From positions 3,472,001 through 3,536,000 of the forward strand of contig CM030337.1 in NCBI GenBank assembly GCA_017654855.1: a stretch of DNA of 64,000 nt. Direction: 5' to 3'. This document shows positions 1 to 14,394 of the stretch, one piece after another; the stretch's first letter is position 1; each line of letters begins with the position of its first letter. A program made the position numbers and the translations under genes. Source of the DNA: Podospora anserina. Its lineage: Eukaryota. Below the pieces are notes generated by a model. That model saw only the letters and a list, made by a program, of their open reading frames with translations, had not been told where the DNA came from and did not search any database.

Positions 1-417
1 CGGACGGTGAACGCTGAGATCGCCAAGGCGAAGGCTGCTCTTGCTTCCGAGGGGGAGTTGGGTATCGCCAAGTTGGCGAGGGAGATTGGTGCTGATCCTA
101 TTTTGCTGAAGCAGACTGCTGAGTTGGGCAGACTGCCGGTTGTGAACTTTGCCGCTGGTGGTGTGGCTACCCCGGCTGATGCTGCACTCATGATGCAGCT
201 TGGCTGCGATGGTGTGTTTGTTGGCAGTGGTATCTTCAAGGATGCGCTGGATGCCGAGCATGCTACCAAGCGCGCAAGGGCTATCGTCAAGGCTGTTGCC
301 AACTGGACGGACAAGAAGGCGCTCATCGAGGCCAGCATTGAGCACGGGACTGCCATGAAGGGTATTAGCAACGCTGGGCTCAAGGAGGATGAGAAGCTTG
401 CTGGCAGAGGCTGGTAA
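1..417 (+). CDS. PDX1: Pyridoxal 5'-phosphate synthase subunit Pdx1/Snz1, C-terminal part (5' truncated by window edge)
   Basis: [38 protein letters not shown] and terminal ..LAGRGW are PdxS/SNZ signatures. Confidence 0.97.
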   Translation, partial: RTVNAEIAKAKAALASEGELGIAKLAREIGADPILLKQTAELGRLPVVNFAAGGVATPADAALMMQLGCDGVFVGSGIFKDALDAEHATKRARAIVKAVANWTDKKALIEASIEHGTAMKGISNAGLKEDEKLAGRGW

Positions 418-2084
418 AGCGGAGATGGTGGGAAATTTTCTTTTTGGATTTTTTGGGATGGGAAAAGCGAATGGAGGTTCGAGTCTCAACACTTAAAAGC
501 GCGGGTCGTGGAATGGGTGGCATCCTATTTTTTGACATCAATTACATTGTGAAGACTCATAGTTTTCTCATCTAGGGGCAATGAAGCATGAATGAATCGA
601 CATTATGACATTGAAACGTGACTATAGCTAGGTTTCTTTACACTCGTGGTCAACCATGACTCAGGGTGAGGGTGTCACGTTATCTGGGTCATGGTCACTA
701 CGGCAACTGTCATGCCTTAGCTTGAGTAATATGGCTTATTGGCCGGATATAAAGACACAGGATCAGAAGACTGCACATCTGTCCGAAGAGCCATGCTCCC
801 TTCATTATAGAACATGTTTCACGTACGTGTGACGCATGGCTAGATGCCGCATCAGGATTCTGTATAGAATACCCTTTAACTTCTTTAAATAAGCACTACG
901 TATGTACGGTAGAGAAAAGCTTACACTGCGTGTATCAATCTTTTTGCTTTTGGATACCGTCATCAGAAGACCAACGCTTACACCATCATTAACCACTCAC
1001 CATTCAACATACCAAAGAACCAGCTGCTTGGGAAATATAGACCCTGCACAGGTAGGTATCGCTCGTCTAATCTCCCTCCCCATGGAGGAGAACGAGGAGA
1101 AACTAAGGAGATGGGCCGGCCTGGATATAGTACATTACATCAAGCCACCCCGATACCTGAAGTGAGAAAAAGGCTAATCCTATGTCACCAGATATTTCCT
1201 GCGCCGTGCTCGACCTTGCATGAGGGAGGATGGGTCGCCTCTCCGGGCCCAGGTAAGACAGTCATCTAACCGTTACAAACCTGATTCCTTCCTAATCAAC
1301 AACTTCTACAACAACCCAGGACCTTGCCTCCTCCCGACACAACCTCTCAGGACCTACCCCGGCGATACTAATTTTGAGATGGGGCCGAACCAACGAAGCA
1401 AAGGTTTTGATGATCGTCACCGACGCCTACAACAAAATCTGGAACAAAGTCGGGATCCGGCCGTCGGTGTGGGATGAGTTGCTGCCGGTGGATTGTCAGA
1501 CAGGTTGCTCTTAGGGCTTCCGTGGGCCGGGCCACAGGTTGTCAGATTAGATAGATTTTCTGCTCTCGGGAGTGATTTTTTCCAGTGCTTGACAATATCA
1601 TGACTTTTCATACTTCTGTTCGGACATTCCACGCAAAGCTTTGTACTCCCCTCGCTTAAGTCTGTTGCTCACGAGGTAATCAGGTGTCTTGATAGTCGTC
1701 TATGTTTGTGGGGCACCTGACAAAGGGCCCGGGTTTCACCAGACCCACACCGGTTTGCTCTTAAGGCTGGAGTTTCTATTTGTTTACTTTTAGACTTGAA
1801 CAACCAACAACCAACTTACTGTAATACCAACTGTCAACCTATTTTCTGGCCATTTTGGCCTCACTTTCGCAGCCAGTGGTTTTCCTAGACCACTAGCCCA
1901 ACAATGTTGCATGTGTTAAGACAGTTTTGTAGTAACCGGAGGTCAATAAACAACTCATCTCTGTATATACATGTGTCCTCTACCTAATAATACAATCATC
2001 AACCATGAATTCCTTCCTTCCATTGCCTATCATCAAGCACAATAAAGGCAACCCAACTGAAATAATAATGCAACCCACTCCCCC

Positions 2085-2131
2085 TTCCCATCCCATCCCA
2101 TCCCATCCCAGATCCCATCCCAGATCCCATC
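2085..2131. repeat. (CCCAT)n / (CCCAGAT) simple repeat downstream of the PTH11-like gene
   Basis: cccatcccatcccatcccatcccagatcccatcccagatcccatcc. Confidence 0.85.
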
Positions 2132-2295
2132 CAGGCCCAACACGAAAATAAGGGCAGACATCAACAGCAACACAAACCCATCCAAGACTAAACCATAAGA
2201 ACGTCATGATCCCAACCCCCTCCCCCGCCCCCCCAAACCGAGAATCATTCAGTCCATGACATGCACTTTCATCCCGTTATTAAACAAAATGTATC

Positions 2296-2578
2296 TTATC
2301 CAATCGACCTCGCCGTAACCTCCGGACCTAATAAAGAAGCCTGCGTACTAACCGACGCCGCATCCTCCTTCGCATACGGCCTGCTCCCCGGCCTCAAAAA
2401 TTCGGGCAGTTCCTCCACAATACTGCCTCGTGACAAATGAGTGTCGGATCCCAGCTCCTTGTTCTCTCTCTCCCCCTTCGTGGAGGCGGCGTTCGATTGC
2501 TTCGGCCGATGGTGCTGATGTGACTGCGCCTCGACATCGATATCCCTGAGGGCAACGTCCTCTATTACATTATTTTCT

Positions 2579-2631
<53 letters not shown>

Positions 2632-3933
2632 ATTGTTGTTTCTCACCGTCGGCCCCTCCTCGGCGACAATCTCCAACCAGTCCCCGCCGGCCCCAGGCCG
2701 TGCCGGCGCCGGCTGATTCCGCAATGGTTTCGACCCGATCGTCAGCTGTGCTCCTCCGTTGCTGCCTGCCCCCCCACCGCTCGGCATTCCTGTGCTCTCC
2801 CCTGATGGGGGCTCGAGTAAATTGGGAAAGAGGCGCGTGATGAGAGGCTTGAGTGTCATGGCGCAGGCGACAAGGATGGATATGTGGATCTCGAGTGACG
2901 TCCAGTGGCTCGACAAGGCGTTGACGTAGGTGTAATCTACGTGCGGGTTGCTTTTCAACCAAACAATGATGCTGAGGCGGATGACGGAGACGATGCAGAT
3001 GCTAGGGGCGCGTTCATGTCAGTGACGTGGCAAGTGCCTTCCAAAGATTGAAACCTACAAAAAACCAATCGCAAAGACGACGGTGACGGCGATTTTTTGT
3101 CGTCGAGGAAGTTTCAGTGGCATGATCATCGGGATCGGGAGGAGAAAGATCAGAAAGTCTGTAAAGACGCCCAAGCTAGAACAAGCTGTGAGTTTCCAAA
3201 CAACGCGTTGGGGGGAGGGTGAGTGGTGAGGGTGTTCATACCTGGTGTTAACCCACCAAATAGACTCGGAATGACAGTAGCTGGCCTTGACTCTGGGATC
3301 CCACACAGACTGGAGTGGAATGCAAAAGGTGAGCGTGGTGCCGAGTGCCCACAGATTATGCACAACGACGAAGATGAGCATCGCCCACGAACATTTCTTC
3401 GCCCAGTCATACGTGAAGATGGTCACGTATATCACGCATATCGAAGTCTTGCTGAGTCCCAAGGAGACGCAGTAGAAGAACAGGGAAAAATACCATGTCT
3501 GGGCACTAGAATCAGTCTCTCTCATCTGTCGTAATAGGTCGGGAGAAGGTGCCGTACCTTGAGCATCTTGAGAAAGTTTTCTTTCGGCTCAATATCATAT
3601 ACGTGTTTCCCCATTCCATAGCCAACTTCCACTGTCATCACGGCCGACATGCCTGCAGCTGCGAGCTAGTAGACTGTTAGAGGACCGCTTCAAAGTAATA
3701 ATCTCGCTGAGGGGACGTACAAGTGATGCAAGGACCAGCCAATCTGCGGCACCAAGACTCCGGACAATCTTGATGCGAGTCCAGAATCTCAAGGCGACAA
3801 ATATGGCGGCGAAGCTAAAAGCGACCCAGACCGAAGCCGCTATCTCAGGCCCTCTGGAATCATGCGGCCAATCTTCCTTGGGCCCGTACAGGGCAATGAG
3901 TGCACGCTCTGCATCTTCTAGACTGGGGCCCAT
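2296..3933 (-). CDS. PTH11-like (rhodopsin-domain, no CFEM) integral membrane protein, multi-exon
   Basis: FVALRFWTR..ADW, LSKTSIC, FCIPLQSVWD, TDFLIFLLPIP, LPRRQK, WTSLEIHISILVAC..L.PL motifs; GT-AG introns e.g. 3720-3666, 3557-3499. Confidence 0.9.
2581..2640 (-). repeat. (AAC)n microsatellite encoding 20 consecutive Asn
   Basis: gttgttgtt... run on + strand, in frame within the C-terminal tail. Confidence 0.97.
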
Positions 3934-5449
3934 CGAGTCGTTATAACTGTCGTCGAAAGAATTGAGAAACGGACATGCCTATCAGCACAGGAAGCGCAGG
4001 ACGGTGGTACTCAAACAAGGGCTGCTGGACATGGCTCTGTCTTGTCACAGACCCAGCAGGCAAGAAGAGTGAGAGAGTCAAGGTGTGGCTAGCTACTTGG
4101 CTCTCCAGGAGCGTGGATCTCTATCGTCTTTAAAGAGTGCCCCCGGTAACCTAAAGGCCAGGGTGAGGGTTCAGCAGCATCGCCTAGCAAATCCCCGCGG
4201 TCCCATCGCCCCATTCACTAGTATGTAACTTATGGACAACAGGGGTTAGTGGCATTCAGGGGTAGCATCCGGGAGCTTTGCTTGGGCCAATGGGTGGTAG
4301 GGTGCATGCTGTTTCTTGGGGAAAAGCCATCTGGGGTAGTGGAACAACCTCATCAATCAAGCGACCTCATAACGCAATGCGTACATGAAGCGATGAAACT
4401 GGCAGACCAGCTTTCGTCTCCCGAGCCTGGCGATGGGATAAACATGTCGGAGTCTAGTATCGCCCCGTTAGTGGTACGGGCTAGAGGTCGACGACATCCA
4501 CTTGGCAGCGCCACGGCACTGACGGGTTTCTATCTGAAGCGGTAAGCCCATCACCGGCGTGGACTTGCAAATCCACAGATTACAGAACCGGTGAATCGGA
4601 ATGGGACGAATTGGTCAGGGGATCGTCAGGTTTGCAATTCTGAAACCAAGGCTTGAATGCGGTGACAAAAATCTTGGGTTTCTCTTGGCTGCGTCGATCC
4701 AGTTATGCAGCAGTGATGCTTCGGGATTGGGGCGCCTGCAGCAGCCTCACAATGCGCGGGATTGTCGGAAGCTCTGTGTGGGCAAATGGGAAAAGATGCC
4801 ATCTTCCTTGTGGAGGCAGATGGCTATTTCTGCGCGGCGTAAGAGATCTTTTGTTCCGCAGAGCAGGGGAGGATTTATTAGAAATAATCACGGTGTTGAC
4901 CCAACCGAGTTACTGCGCCGAGCCAACAAGCTTTTGTGTTCTCTAGGGCAGGGACGATCACACCTTCTGCTTCTTGCGGCAGCCACAAATTAGCCACCGT
5001 CGACCAGCCCCAACAAGAGGAAGCAGACAGAAGAAGCTATTCGCAATCTCATCGAGCGAGGTCCGATGTTGTAGGTGGTCATCACGTCAGTCTAACACAC
5101 TCAAATGTGAAACATTCACGGATCGCACGGCGATCTCCTCATTTTTTGCCTGGTGTAACCCTGATCTGATGATCCTTGGTGATCGGCTGAGCTGCCTGCC
5201 TCGCTGGCAAGACCAGTTGCCTGCCGGCAAGTGTTGGCCCATGCATGCCCCACCAAAATTTCCAACACCGCGGGGCAGCTGTTTGATGCATTGAGCCTTC
5301 AGATCACAAGCATCAAGTTCACTTTCATACTCTTACATCTTACCACCAAAACCAGCCCTTCAAGCAGCGCACGCCGTCTATTCTTGAATCATTTCAAATT
5401 GCAGTACAACCCACTCTACACTTCTCAACAACCAACACATCAATTCACC

Positions 5450-6522
5450 ATGTCCGCCACACCCTTCGACGAAGATGACGACCCCATCATGGCCGAGTAC
5501 AACCTCTTCGTCAAGCCCCCCCTTCCCGAAAACCGCAAGCTCGTCCTCCTTCAGTTCTTCAACAAGACCGCCACCGACCCTTCCACCCTCCGCATCCCCC
5601 ACATCATCGGAATGCGCCACAAGCCCGAGTCTGGTTTCTACGAGGTAGACCTCCCAATGGACATCAACACGGCCTACGATCGCAACAAAGGCGTAGAGAT
5701 GGGCACCGCCCTCACCAAGTCTCTCGAGGCGAAAAAGGGCGGCACGCACGGTTTGGCGGGTGGATTCAGCTCCGTAGGTCCCGCCGCGACAGCAGCAAGC
5801 AGAGGTCGGAGGATGGCCCCTGGTGAGGAGGAACCGCCACGGATGAACTTCGAGGAGGCCGCGAGGAAGAACATGGTGCTCAAGACGCAGACGCTGAGCG
5901 GGCATCGCGTTGCGAACGAAAACGTACCTCACAGTTATGTTGGTGTCTTCAAGGGCAGTAAGTTCACCTTCCTCACTCTTTACCCATTCCCACTGTCCTC
6001 TTACTGACCGCCCCCTCCCCCTCAGATAACATCCACCTAACCCCCTTCAGCGACACCGTCAACCTCCGCCCCTTCCAACCGCACCTTGATGCCGTCACCG
6101 AGCAAGAACGCCTCAACCGTCCCAACCCAAACGCACCCCAAGACGCCGCCCCTGGCGCCCGCGCCCCAGGCCGCGCAATCCAAATGTCTCTCAAGTCAGC
6201 CATGGACGGCGTGGCGACTGACACTATGGCTGACCGGACGCACAAGGTCCAGCTAGAAAAGTGGCAGCACTTGGATTACATGCCCGACGACACGAACGGT
6301 GCCTGGCAGGCCTACAGGGAGAACCTCTTGTTGGTTCCAGAACAGGATTTGGAAGGGGTCAACAAGGAGGGGACGAAGGAGGATGCAAAGGGCAAGACGA
6401 AGGAGGTGGCCGATGAGAGGGATAAGATCTGTGCCATGCCCGATCTTGTCGACAAGGTTGCGCATTTGAGGACAGATTGGGATGAGGAGAAGTATATCAA
6501 GATTATAACGGAAAAGTGGTAG
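5450..6522 (+). CDS. RNA polymerase III subunit Rpc5/Rpc37 (Sin-like), 2 exons (intron 5958-6025)
   Basis: DDDPIMAEYNLF N-terminus, splice gives VGVFKGNNIHLTP...LRPFQPHLDA typical of Rpc5 family. Confidence 0.8.
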
Positions 6523-7260
6523 TTTTTGGCATTTGGGCAAGGTGTCTTGGTGGTTGTCCTAAAGGTGGAGTTTAAGGGCGTTTTTTGTGTTTGGGGGCAA
6601 CTTCATGTAAAGGGAAGGTTTTACTAGTATGAAGTACAATCGATACCCTCCCCGTCTTCCAATCGAACATAAGAGACTAAGGATTTGAGTTGGCACAACT
6701 CCTCATTGTATCTTGATGCATGTGCATACATACTGGGGTGTTGGAGAATGAATGGTGGAATATATCCAGCAGCCTGAAGCAGAATAACGGCCTTTGTCAA
6801 CACAAACGACGGCTTCAACTTGAAATTGCCAGATTAACATGATACAGAAACAGAAACAAGACAGACTGTGCTATGGACCTTGTTTACAGACATGTCCCAA
6901 ATACCGCACGCAAGAAATCAATAATTCACGTATGGCTATGCTCCTAATTTTAGACAAAAGATCACATAAACTTCCACACCAGCCTTTCCTGACTCTCCCT
7001 CCAGAAGTTCCCCGCCATTTTCCACCATCCGTTTTGTTGGGTATCATTGCCAGTTAGAGCAGCTTTCCATAAATACTATTGTGCAATGAAAAATAATGCG
7101 CTGCCAGTATAGAACCTGCCGTGCTTTGTGCGCTCCGCTTCATGATGCATCAAAACTTTTGTGCGATTAGGACGAAAAGAAAATCCAGGATTGACACCTA
7201 TCAAAGATCCTTCTGGCCTCAGCGGTACGAGATCCTGCCAAACCTGGCACTGCTCATTAA

Positions 7261-9834
7261 TTACTGTAGAAGCTCGACATCCAACCCAATGCTGCGCATG
7301 AAGAGGTTCACATTCTGGAGACGCTGGGCGCCCATGTCTGCGGGGAGTGTCTTTGACAAAGCGACCGTGTCCATGACGCGGTCCTTGACAGCAAGTACAA
7401 GCCTCTGCTGCTGCTCTGGGCTAGCTCCTATGCCAAGCGCCGCGAGCAGTTGCCATACGTAAATGTCATCGGCTGTGTTCACAGAGCCAGGGAACATATA
7501 GGGAAGCGTAGGTTCGAGACGATCGAAAAAGTCAGTGTGACACATGTCCCTGTATTTCGTTAGCCATGGTCGCGGTGGTATTGGGTGAATATCAACTTAC
7601 CAAGCCTGCCAGGATGGATGAGTGTTTCCAACATTAACCTTAATAATTTCGGCGCGGCTCAGGATCATGGTGATCATGGAAGCTCCGATGCGACTCTTTG
7701 CAATAATGTCCAATCGTTGCTTGGAAAGAATAGACAACAGACCGGCAACGATGTCAAGATCGAGCTCGTTCAAGAAGTTGAAGAGCGTATTCATGACGGC
7801 GTTGGAGAAAATGTGAATATTCTCGCGCATTGCAGCTGTCAGCTGGACCGCGGCGGACGTCACCTGGGCGTTGACAACAACATCAAGCTTGTCAAGATTG
7901 ACGATAACCAAGGTGAGAATGGTGGTGCGCTGCTCCTGGCTGAGATGGCGGAAGATCCTGTTCATAGCCTTCATACCCTTGTTATATGACAGAAGCGCAA
8001 CAAAAGGATGGGGGTGTCCCGGTTGAGGTTCATCGTAGACTCTCAGCGCGGACCACAGATCCTGGTTCAGGGCTTGGGCTTCGTTGCTCCAACGCATGCC
8101 CCGCTGGTGACCTTCAACATCGGTGTCGCTTGTAGGGGGAGGTGGCAGGACGCGGTCGTGGTCTTCCATCTTCATGAGTATGGTATAGATGCGTTCAATG
8201 GTGCGCAGATCACTCTTACGATCGCCGGCACTGACGACCTTGTGCGCACTGCTAGGACGGTTGGCATCATCGGTGCTCTCTGTGCGCTTGATGTTAAGCA
8301 GCGGCTTGGGTGTCTTGGCGTTGCTGAATGAAATTTTGCCCAGACTTCCCTCGATGACGAGTTGCTTGTTCTTGGGCTTGTTCTTGGCAGCTTCAACAGC
8401 TCGCTGGACCTGCTGTTCCATACGCTGCATATGATTCTCAGGGCCTCGGTGGCGACGCATGTGACCCGACCTGTTGCCAGTCTGGAAAAGATAGGTCTGT
8501 GCAAAGTTGTTGAGCGGCTGGTTGGGGTGTTGCCTTTGACCGCCCTGAAGCGAGCTATGAACTTGATAGTAAAAATCTTCGGTAAGCGACTCATCAGTCC
8601 CGTGCTCGTTCGGGTTGCCAGTGGCGGCAACAAGCTGCTGAAGCTGAATGCGTGTGACGAAGCTTTTGTCCTGGGGTGTCATGACACCGTTGTCACGAGA
8701 CATCAGGTAGATCTTGTGGTTCCGTTTAGCGCGCTTAGCCTCCTGTTCCATGTAGGCGGCCCTTTGCTCTTCGGTAAGCTGGGACACCTGGGATGGATGC
8801 GTTATGATGTTGGGCTGTCTCCCGAAAGAACCCTGCTGTCTATGGGCGGGTTGAGTTGGGGGGGCAGAAGGCCCTGGTACCGGAGGCGTGGGATGCTGCT
8901 GCATCCCCATTCTAGCGGCATCTCCAGAGAGACGATTCGGATTCTGCAAGATTTGAGTTGGCTGAACAGAAGTCGATGACGGTTGCCGTTGATGAGCAGC
9001 AGGTTGGACCGGGGGCTGGGGCGAAGGCGCTTGGGTGGACTGAGGTCTTTGCAGTACGTGAATCGGGAGAGCTTGTCTGGTATGATCAACCGGGGGAACA
9101 AATTGTTGCTGAGCCGGTTGAGCAAATTGAATGGCCGGGTCATAAGGGATTTGCGAAGGGCCTTGAGCATGAGGAGCCGGAGATGGTGTAGCTTGGGCAG
9201 CCTTGGCCTGGGCCTGAGCCTTCATTTGAGCCTCGACTTCCTCCAGGCTTAGAATCTTGCGACTGGGCGCGGAACTCGACTGGGCAGCCTGCTGGGAGAC
9301 CTGAGGGGCAGGCTGTGCCGGCTTCTTCGGCGCCACACCCCAGAGAGAGGCATCGACCTGCAATTCGGGAACCGGCTCGTTGTTGTTGTACTTGTCATTT
9401 GAATACTTCTCGTAGCCGGTGCGATAGTGGCCCTGAGATGTATAGCCGTACGAGGCTGCGCTTTGAAGAGACGGCTGACCGTAAGACATCTGCTGGACAG
9501 GCTGGGCAGGCTGGGCGGACCGGGCCGGCGGCTGTTGACGGTTGAAAAGATAATGTTCCTCCTCGATGGCATTCTGAACCTTGGCAGTTTGCGAGAAGAA
9601 ATCAAAATCCTTGCCAACAGGCGCGGCAGCTATGTCACTAGTATCCCCGAAAGTATCATCGTTGTAGGCGTCCTTGGTTTCTTCGAGCTGATCTCCAAGC
9701 CCGTCATAGGTGTCTTCAAACTCCAAAGCATCGCCATCGTCGTCTCGGCCAGAAAGGCCTTGGAAGGGATTGTGGGCCTGTGAAAAGCCAGTGGCCGCCG
9801 TGTTATGGCCGTTATTGAATCCAAAGAACGACAT
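7261..9834 (-). CDS. PAT1: mRNA decay/decapping factor Pat1, 2 exons (intron 7600-7550)
   Basis: MSFFGF start, DAYNDDTFG, MTPQDKSFVTRIQLQQL, EDFYYQV, EGSLGKISFS..KTPKPLL, terminal NLFMRSIGLD. Confidence 0.95.
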
Positions 9835-11731
9835 GATTGCGACTTCGGTGGAAGGTGCAGAGACGCAGAGGTCGAGAGAATTACTAAACGAGGGATATTA
9901 GCCACTGATGCGATAATGATACTGTGAAAGCCCATGGCCGAAGTTGGGCAGAATCAAGGGGGCAGCCCTGGCGGTTGCGTCAAGGCATAGTCGACGCCGG
10001 AGGCTCCAAATGGCGCAGCCAGACCCGTTGGTCGCGGGCAAAGGCGATCCACATGCACATGGCTAGTAAGGGGAAGGAAATGTGTAGTACTTACAGCGTG
10101 GAAAATAGAGATAGCCTTGTGGTCGAGTCGGTCAAATATCATGATGATGTGATCGATGCGACCAGATTGCGAAGGTGGGATGGCCGGAACAAGCGAACCG
10201 TGAAGGCGGCAGGCTTGTGGATGGAGCTGTATACTGCTGAAAAGAAACACAACAAACTCGAGCCCGAATACAGAAACAAGATCGCGGCAAAGCGCCGCGG
10301 GAAAACAAACAGGTGGCGAGGCAAAGGAAAGGGACGAAGTGAATAGGTATCCAGGTGGATGAGGTAACCTTGGAGTTGGAGGTTGCGAGAGCCAGTGGGT
10401 CATCACCGTGGCTCACCCCAAAGAATGGAGCGCTAAGTGGGATATGTAAATGATCCGGTTGACCAATAGGCGTTGCCATTGACCCCGGATTATCTCGGAT
10501 TATTGCTGTGGTGGTGGGGAAGTGGGTGAGTCGTGCACGGAGCACACAATCCTCCTGCAACACCCCGCGTCTGACAACTTCAGCCAAATCTTCAGAGGTT
10601 TGGTTCTGCCCGTTGCATTTACAGCGGGACCAACTGCTCCTGGATATTTTAAGCCTGCTCCCAATATCCATACTGCCCTGGACCGAGTATCGTAATGCTT
10701 GCTTTCAACTACCATCTATCACATGTTACTTTGGCGAAGCATCACTGCTTGTATGGAAGTTCTGCACAACAGCCTACCTTTAAGCAACCTCCCTGTCTCT
10801 AGGTATCAGTTGGACGACCAACAACATGAACCAACAGGGCAAGCATGCCTCTCTAAAGAATGCCTACGAGCCGTTGGGTAAGAATCAGTTTTGCCCAGCT
10901 CCTTGCTGCACAAACCGTCTTTTAGTTGCGGCGCCGTCACTCGGAAGATTCAAGCATCGGCAGTGTCCCACATCAAGCCCCACGCGGAGAGCAGCCCGGT
11001 TCCTGGCGGCGCGGGACCTGCGGATCGGATCTCCCTCCAGCTAGGTACTGTCGGATAGCAAGAGGAATTCAAAGGGCCCAAACTGCAGGCAATATAGAGT
11101 CACCTGCGTGTTTTCTATGGCCCCAAGCATCTGTGGCATTCTGCTTGCATTGCATTGTCGCTGTCCCCAAGCGAGGCAGGGTCTTCGGCGTCCGAAGGGC
11201 TGGAGATGCAAGGATTTTACGAGATTTGGCGACCTTTGTGACAAAAGGTTCCATCATATCTTGGGGTCTATGTGGATTGGTTGTGTGACAGTTAGAGGTG
11301 TACCTGAGGAGCACTGAGACCATCCCTTAATTCCCTGGACTTTTTTGGCGCTTGGCCCCAAGGGACAGAACGTCCGCTCTATTATTTTTCTCTCCATTCC
11401 TACACCTCCACGTCGTGAATTCTTGACTCTCTTAAACCCTTGAGAAGCGCAGGTTATGACAGGCTGTTCCTGAACCTAGTCACCAACGATATGCTCCATC
11501 AATAAGCTCCCTGGTTTCGTTTGGACACGGCGTCCCCACAATAACGTTAAGCTTTGGCCTGGAACAACTCCTCGCCACGATCACGAATTGCCCTTGGGCG
11601 TTTCCAAAACCCAAGCGCTGTCTGGAGACCTCTACCACGCACTCTCCAGTTTGGCGATCGCATCTTCTTTTCTACTTCCTCGTCTGCCACAGCCATCAAA
11701 ACGCCCAACGATTTGACTGGCATCCTTCACC

Positions 11732-13217
11732 ATGGCGGCCGGCAGCGCTCGCTATGTGCGCTACATCCTAATTGCCTTTTTCGTACGTCAGCCCTCAAGG
11801 TGATGCCCCAGCTTTGCTGTGAAGACTTCCTGTTAACGCATGCGCTTTAGGTATTGGCAGTTTTCTACTTTATATCGGATTCTAGCAATGCGATTTCCCA
11901 AAATATTCCTATCCCCCATGGCAACAAGGGCACCGATGACCACGCCCACAAGGATGCCGTTTTAAACAACCAGCCCAACAGCCATGATGCTGCTGGTGAT
12001 ACCCACAACACCAAGAACAAGCCCGCGATCCCCAAGGTTGGCGCTAACATCGATCCCGCCGAGTACCCGCTGGCCATGACCCCAAATGACCCCGGATTCC
12101 ACGATCTGTCCGGCATCAAGGGAGGACCCCGCGTTAACGCAACCTTCGTTACCCTGGCACGCAACTCTGACGTCTGGGAGATCGCCAAGTCCATTCGTCA
12201 AGTTGAGGACCGTTTCAACCGGAGATACAACTACGACTGGGTGTTTCTGAATGACCAGCCCTTCGACGACACTTTCAAGAAGGTCACAACATCCCTTTGC
12301 TCGGGCAAGACGCACTATGGTCTCATTGGCGAGGAACACTGGGGTTTCCCTGATTTCATCGACCAGGAGAAGGCCAAGAAGGTTCGCGAGGATATGAAAG
12401 AGCGCAAGATCATTTACGGCGACAGCGTCAGCTACCGCCACATGTGCCGCTTCGAGTCTGGCTTCTTCTTCCGTCAGCCCCTGATGATGAACTACGAATA
12501 CTACTGGCGTGTCGAGCCCTCGGTCGAGCTGTTCTGCGACATCCACTACGATCCCTTCCGCTTCATGCACGAGAATGGAAAGAAGTACAGTTTCGTGCTC
12601 AGCTTGTACGAGTACATTGAGACCATCCCCACCCTGTGGGACAGTGTCACCAAGTTTATGAAGAATCACCCCGAGCACATTGCTGAGGACAACTCCATGG
12701 GTTTCCTGAGTGATGACGGTGGCAAGACGTACAACAAGTGCCACTTCGTAAGTGGTTTCTCTGCGCTCAATTTGAGGTGATGTGCTGCTAACAGTCTTCT
12801 AGTGGTCCAACTTTGAGATTGGTAGCTTGAGCTGGCTCCGCTCCAAGGCCTACATTGACTACTTTGAGTCACTCGACAGGGATGGCGGTTTCTTCTACGA
12901 GCGCTGGGGTGATGCCCCTGTGCACTCGATTGCTGCGGCCCTCATGCTTCCCAAGGACCAGATTCACTTCTTCAACGACATTGCCTACTACCACGTGCCC
13001 TTCACCCACTGCCCAACGGGTGAGAAGCTCCGCACGGACCTCAAGTGCCACTGCGACCCCAAGAACAACTTTGACTGGAAAGGGTATTCTTGTAAGCATC
13101 GATAAGGCCTCCTTCTTCTGGAAACATCCAGCTAACTGACTTCTTCTAGGCACATCAAGATACTTTGAGGTCAACGGTCTAGAGAAGCCCGAGGGCTGGC
13201 AAGACCAGACTGACTAA
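11732..13217 (+). CDS. GT15 alpha-1,2-mannosyltransferase (Kre2/Ktr1/Mnt1 family), 4 exons
   Basis: Type II TM N-terminus; [52 protein letters not shown]; introns 11783-11850, 12748-12802, 13092-13149. Confidence 0.95.
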
Positions 13218-13854
13218 ATTGTTTAGTGATGACCAATACAGAATAGCTGAGCTGTTTGGAGAAACAGGGATATTGATATAGAGTTGTACCAAATCCTATC
13301 GAGTTCATGACTGTTTTTCGTTTTTTTTATCTGTCTTTGTCTTACCGAAACATACAACCATCATCAACTCATGGTTGACAAACGTACTGGGTCGATTCTT
13401 TTTGCGGGAACTAAGGGACGGCCTCGAAATCACACCACAATGGAAGAACAACCGAGGGATATGCTAGGCAAGCAAGCGATGTTTCAGTCATGTTGGAAAT
13501 AAGGAGGGTGGAAGGGATGGCGGATTTCGTCAGTATGGAAGTTGACGGTTTTTGGGAGAGTTTCTCGCTGTATATATTGTTACCTTTTCCCCTTGTGATC
13601 CTGCCATGGCTTAGACGAATGCGAATCCCATGGGAGTGTTTTGACGTTGACTCTTTTGTCATTGCTGAGCTGCTACGCCCAATTGGTGTTTTTAGATGAT
13701 CTGTATAATACAATGATGTCCCTCCAATTTTGGCATGACCTGACCTAGCCGACCCTTCTCTTGATGTCCGCCTTCTCTCTGCCCAAGTCCAGCTCCCTTA
13801 TTTGCCCACTCCATGGGTATCATTCCCCCTCATACGCCCCCATCCTCTTCAACC

Positions 13855-14394
13855 TTAAACCGTCGCCTTCTTAGGCTTCTTCGTCCCAAACTTACTCCTG
13901 CTGCTCACCCTGCTGCCCACACCGCCTAGATCGAGCGCTCCGCGCACCAGTCTGTACCGCACACCGGGACAATCCTGGGCTCTGCCGCCGCGGACTAAAA
14001 CCACGGAGTGCTGCTGGATGTTGTGGCCTTCGCCGGGGATGTAGGCGGTGATGACCTTGCCGGTGGAGAGTCTCACACGAGCGGTCTTGCGCTCGCCAGA
14101 GTTGGGCTTTTTGGGCTTGGTGATGCCGACTTTTACGCAGACGCCTTTGAGCTGGGCTGCGTGGATTGCTGAGAGAGCGGGGGAGACGGGGTGGCGGGCT
14201 TTTTGGGGTTTTCGGCATCCCTGGGGAGGAAGGTTAGATATTGGGAAGGGGAGGGAGGAGGGGAGGGGTAGACGTACTCGGAGGACTTGGTTGAGGGTTG
14301 CGGATTGGGAGGGGGTGGTTGAGAAGGTTCTGATGGGGGAGGCGACAGGGAGGAGTGATGGTCTGAAGACCAGGTTTTTGAGAAGGGATGCCAT
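13855..14394 (-). CDS. MRPS12: Mitochondrial ribosomal protein S12 (uS12m), 2 exons
   Basis: Presequence-like N-terminus; [32 protein letters not shown]; in-frame intron ~14277-14222. Confidence 0.95.
   Translation of the reverse strand: MASLLKNLVFRPSLLPVASPIRTFSTTPSQSATLNQVLRVRLPLPSSLPFPISNLPPQGCRKPQKARHPVSPALSAIHAAQLKGVCVKVGITKPKKPNSGERKTARVRLSTGKVITAYIPGEGHNIQQHSVVLVRGGRAQDCPGVRYRLVRGALDLGGVGSRVSSRSKFGTKKPKKATV

Noticed and set aside
474..488. GAGGTTCGAGTCTC, T-arm/B-box-like hairpin
   Set aside because: No acceptor stem, D-arm or anticodon arm around it; lies in the PDX1 3' region
900..1480. Short ORFs that could be a gene relic
   Set aside because: No recognisable motifs or consistent exon chain
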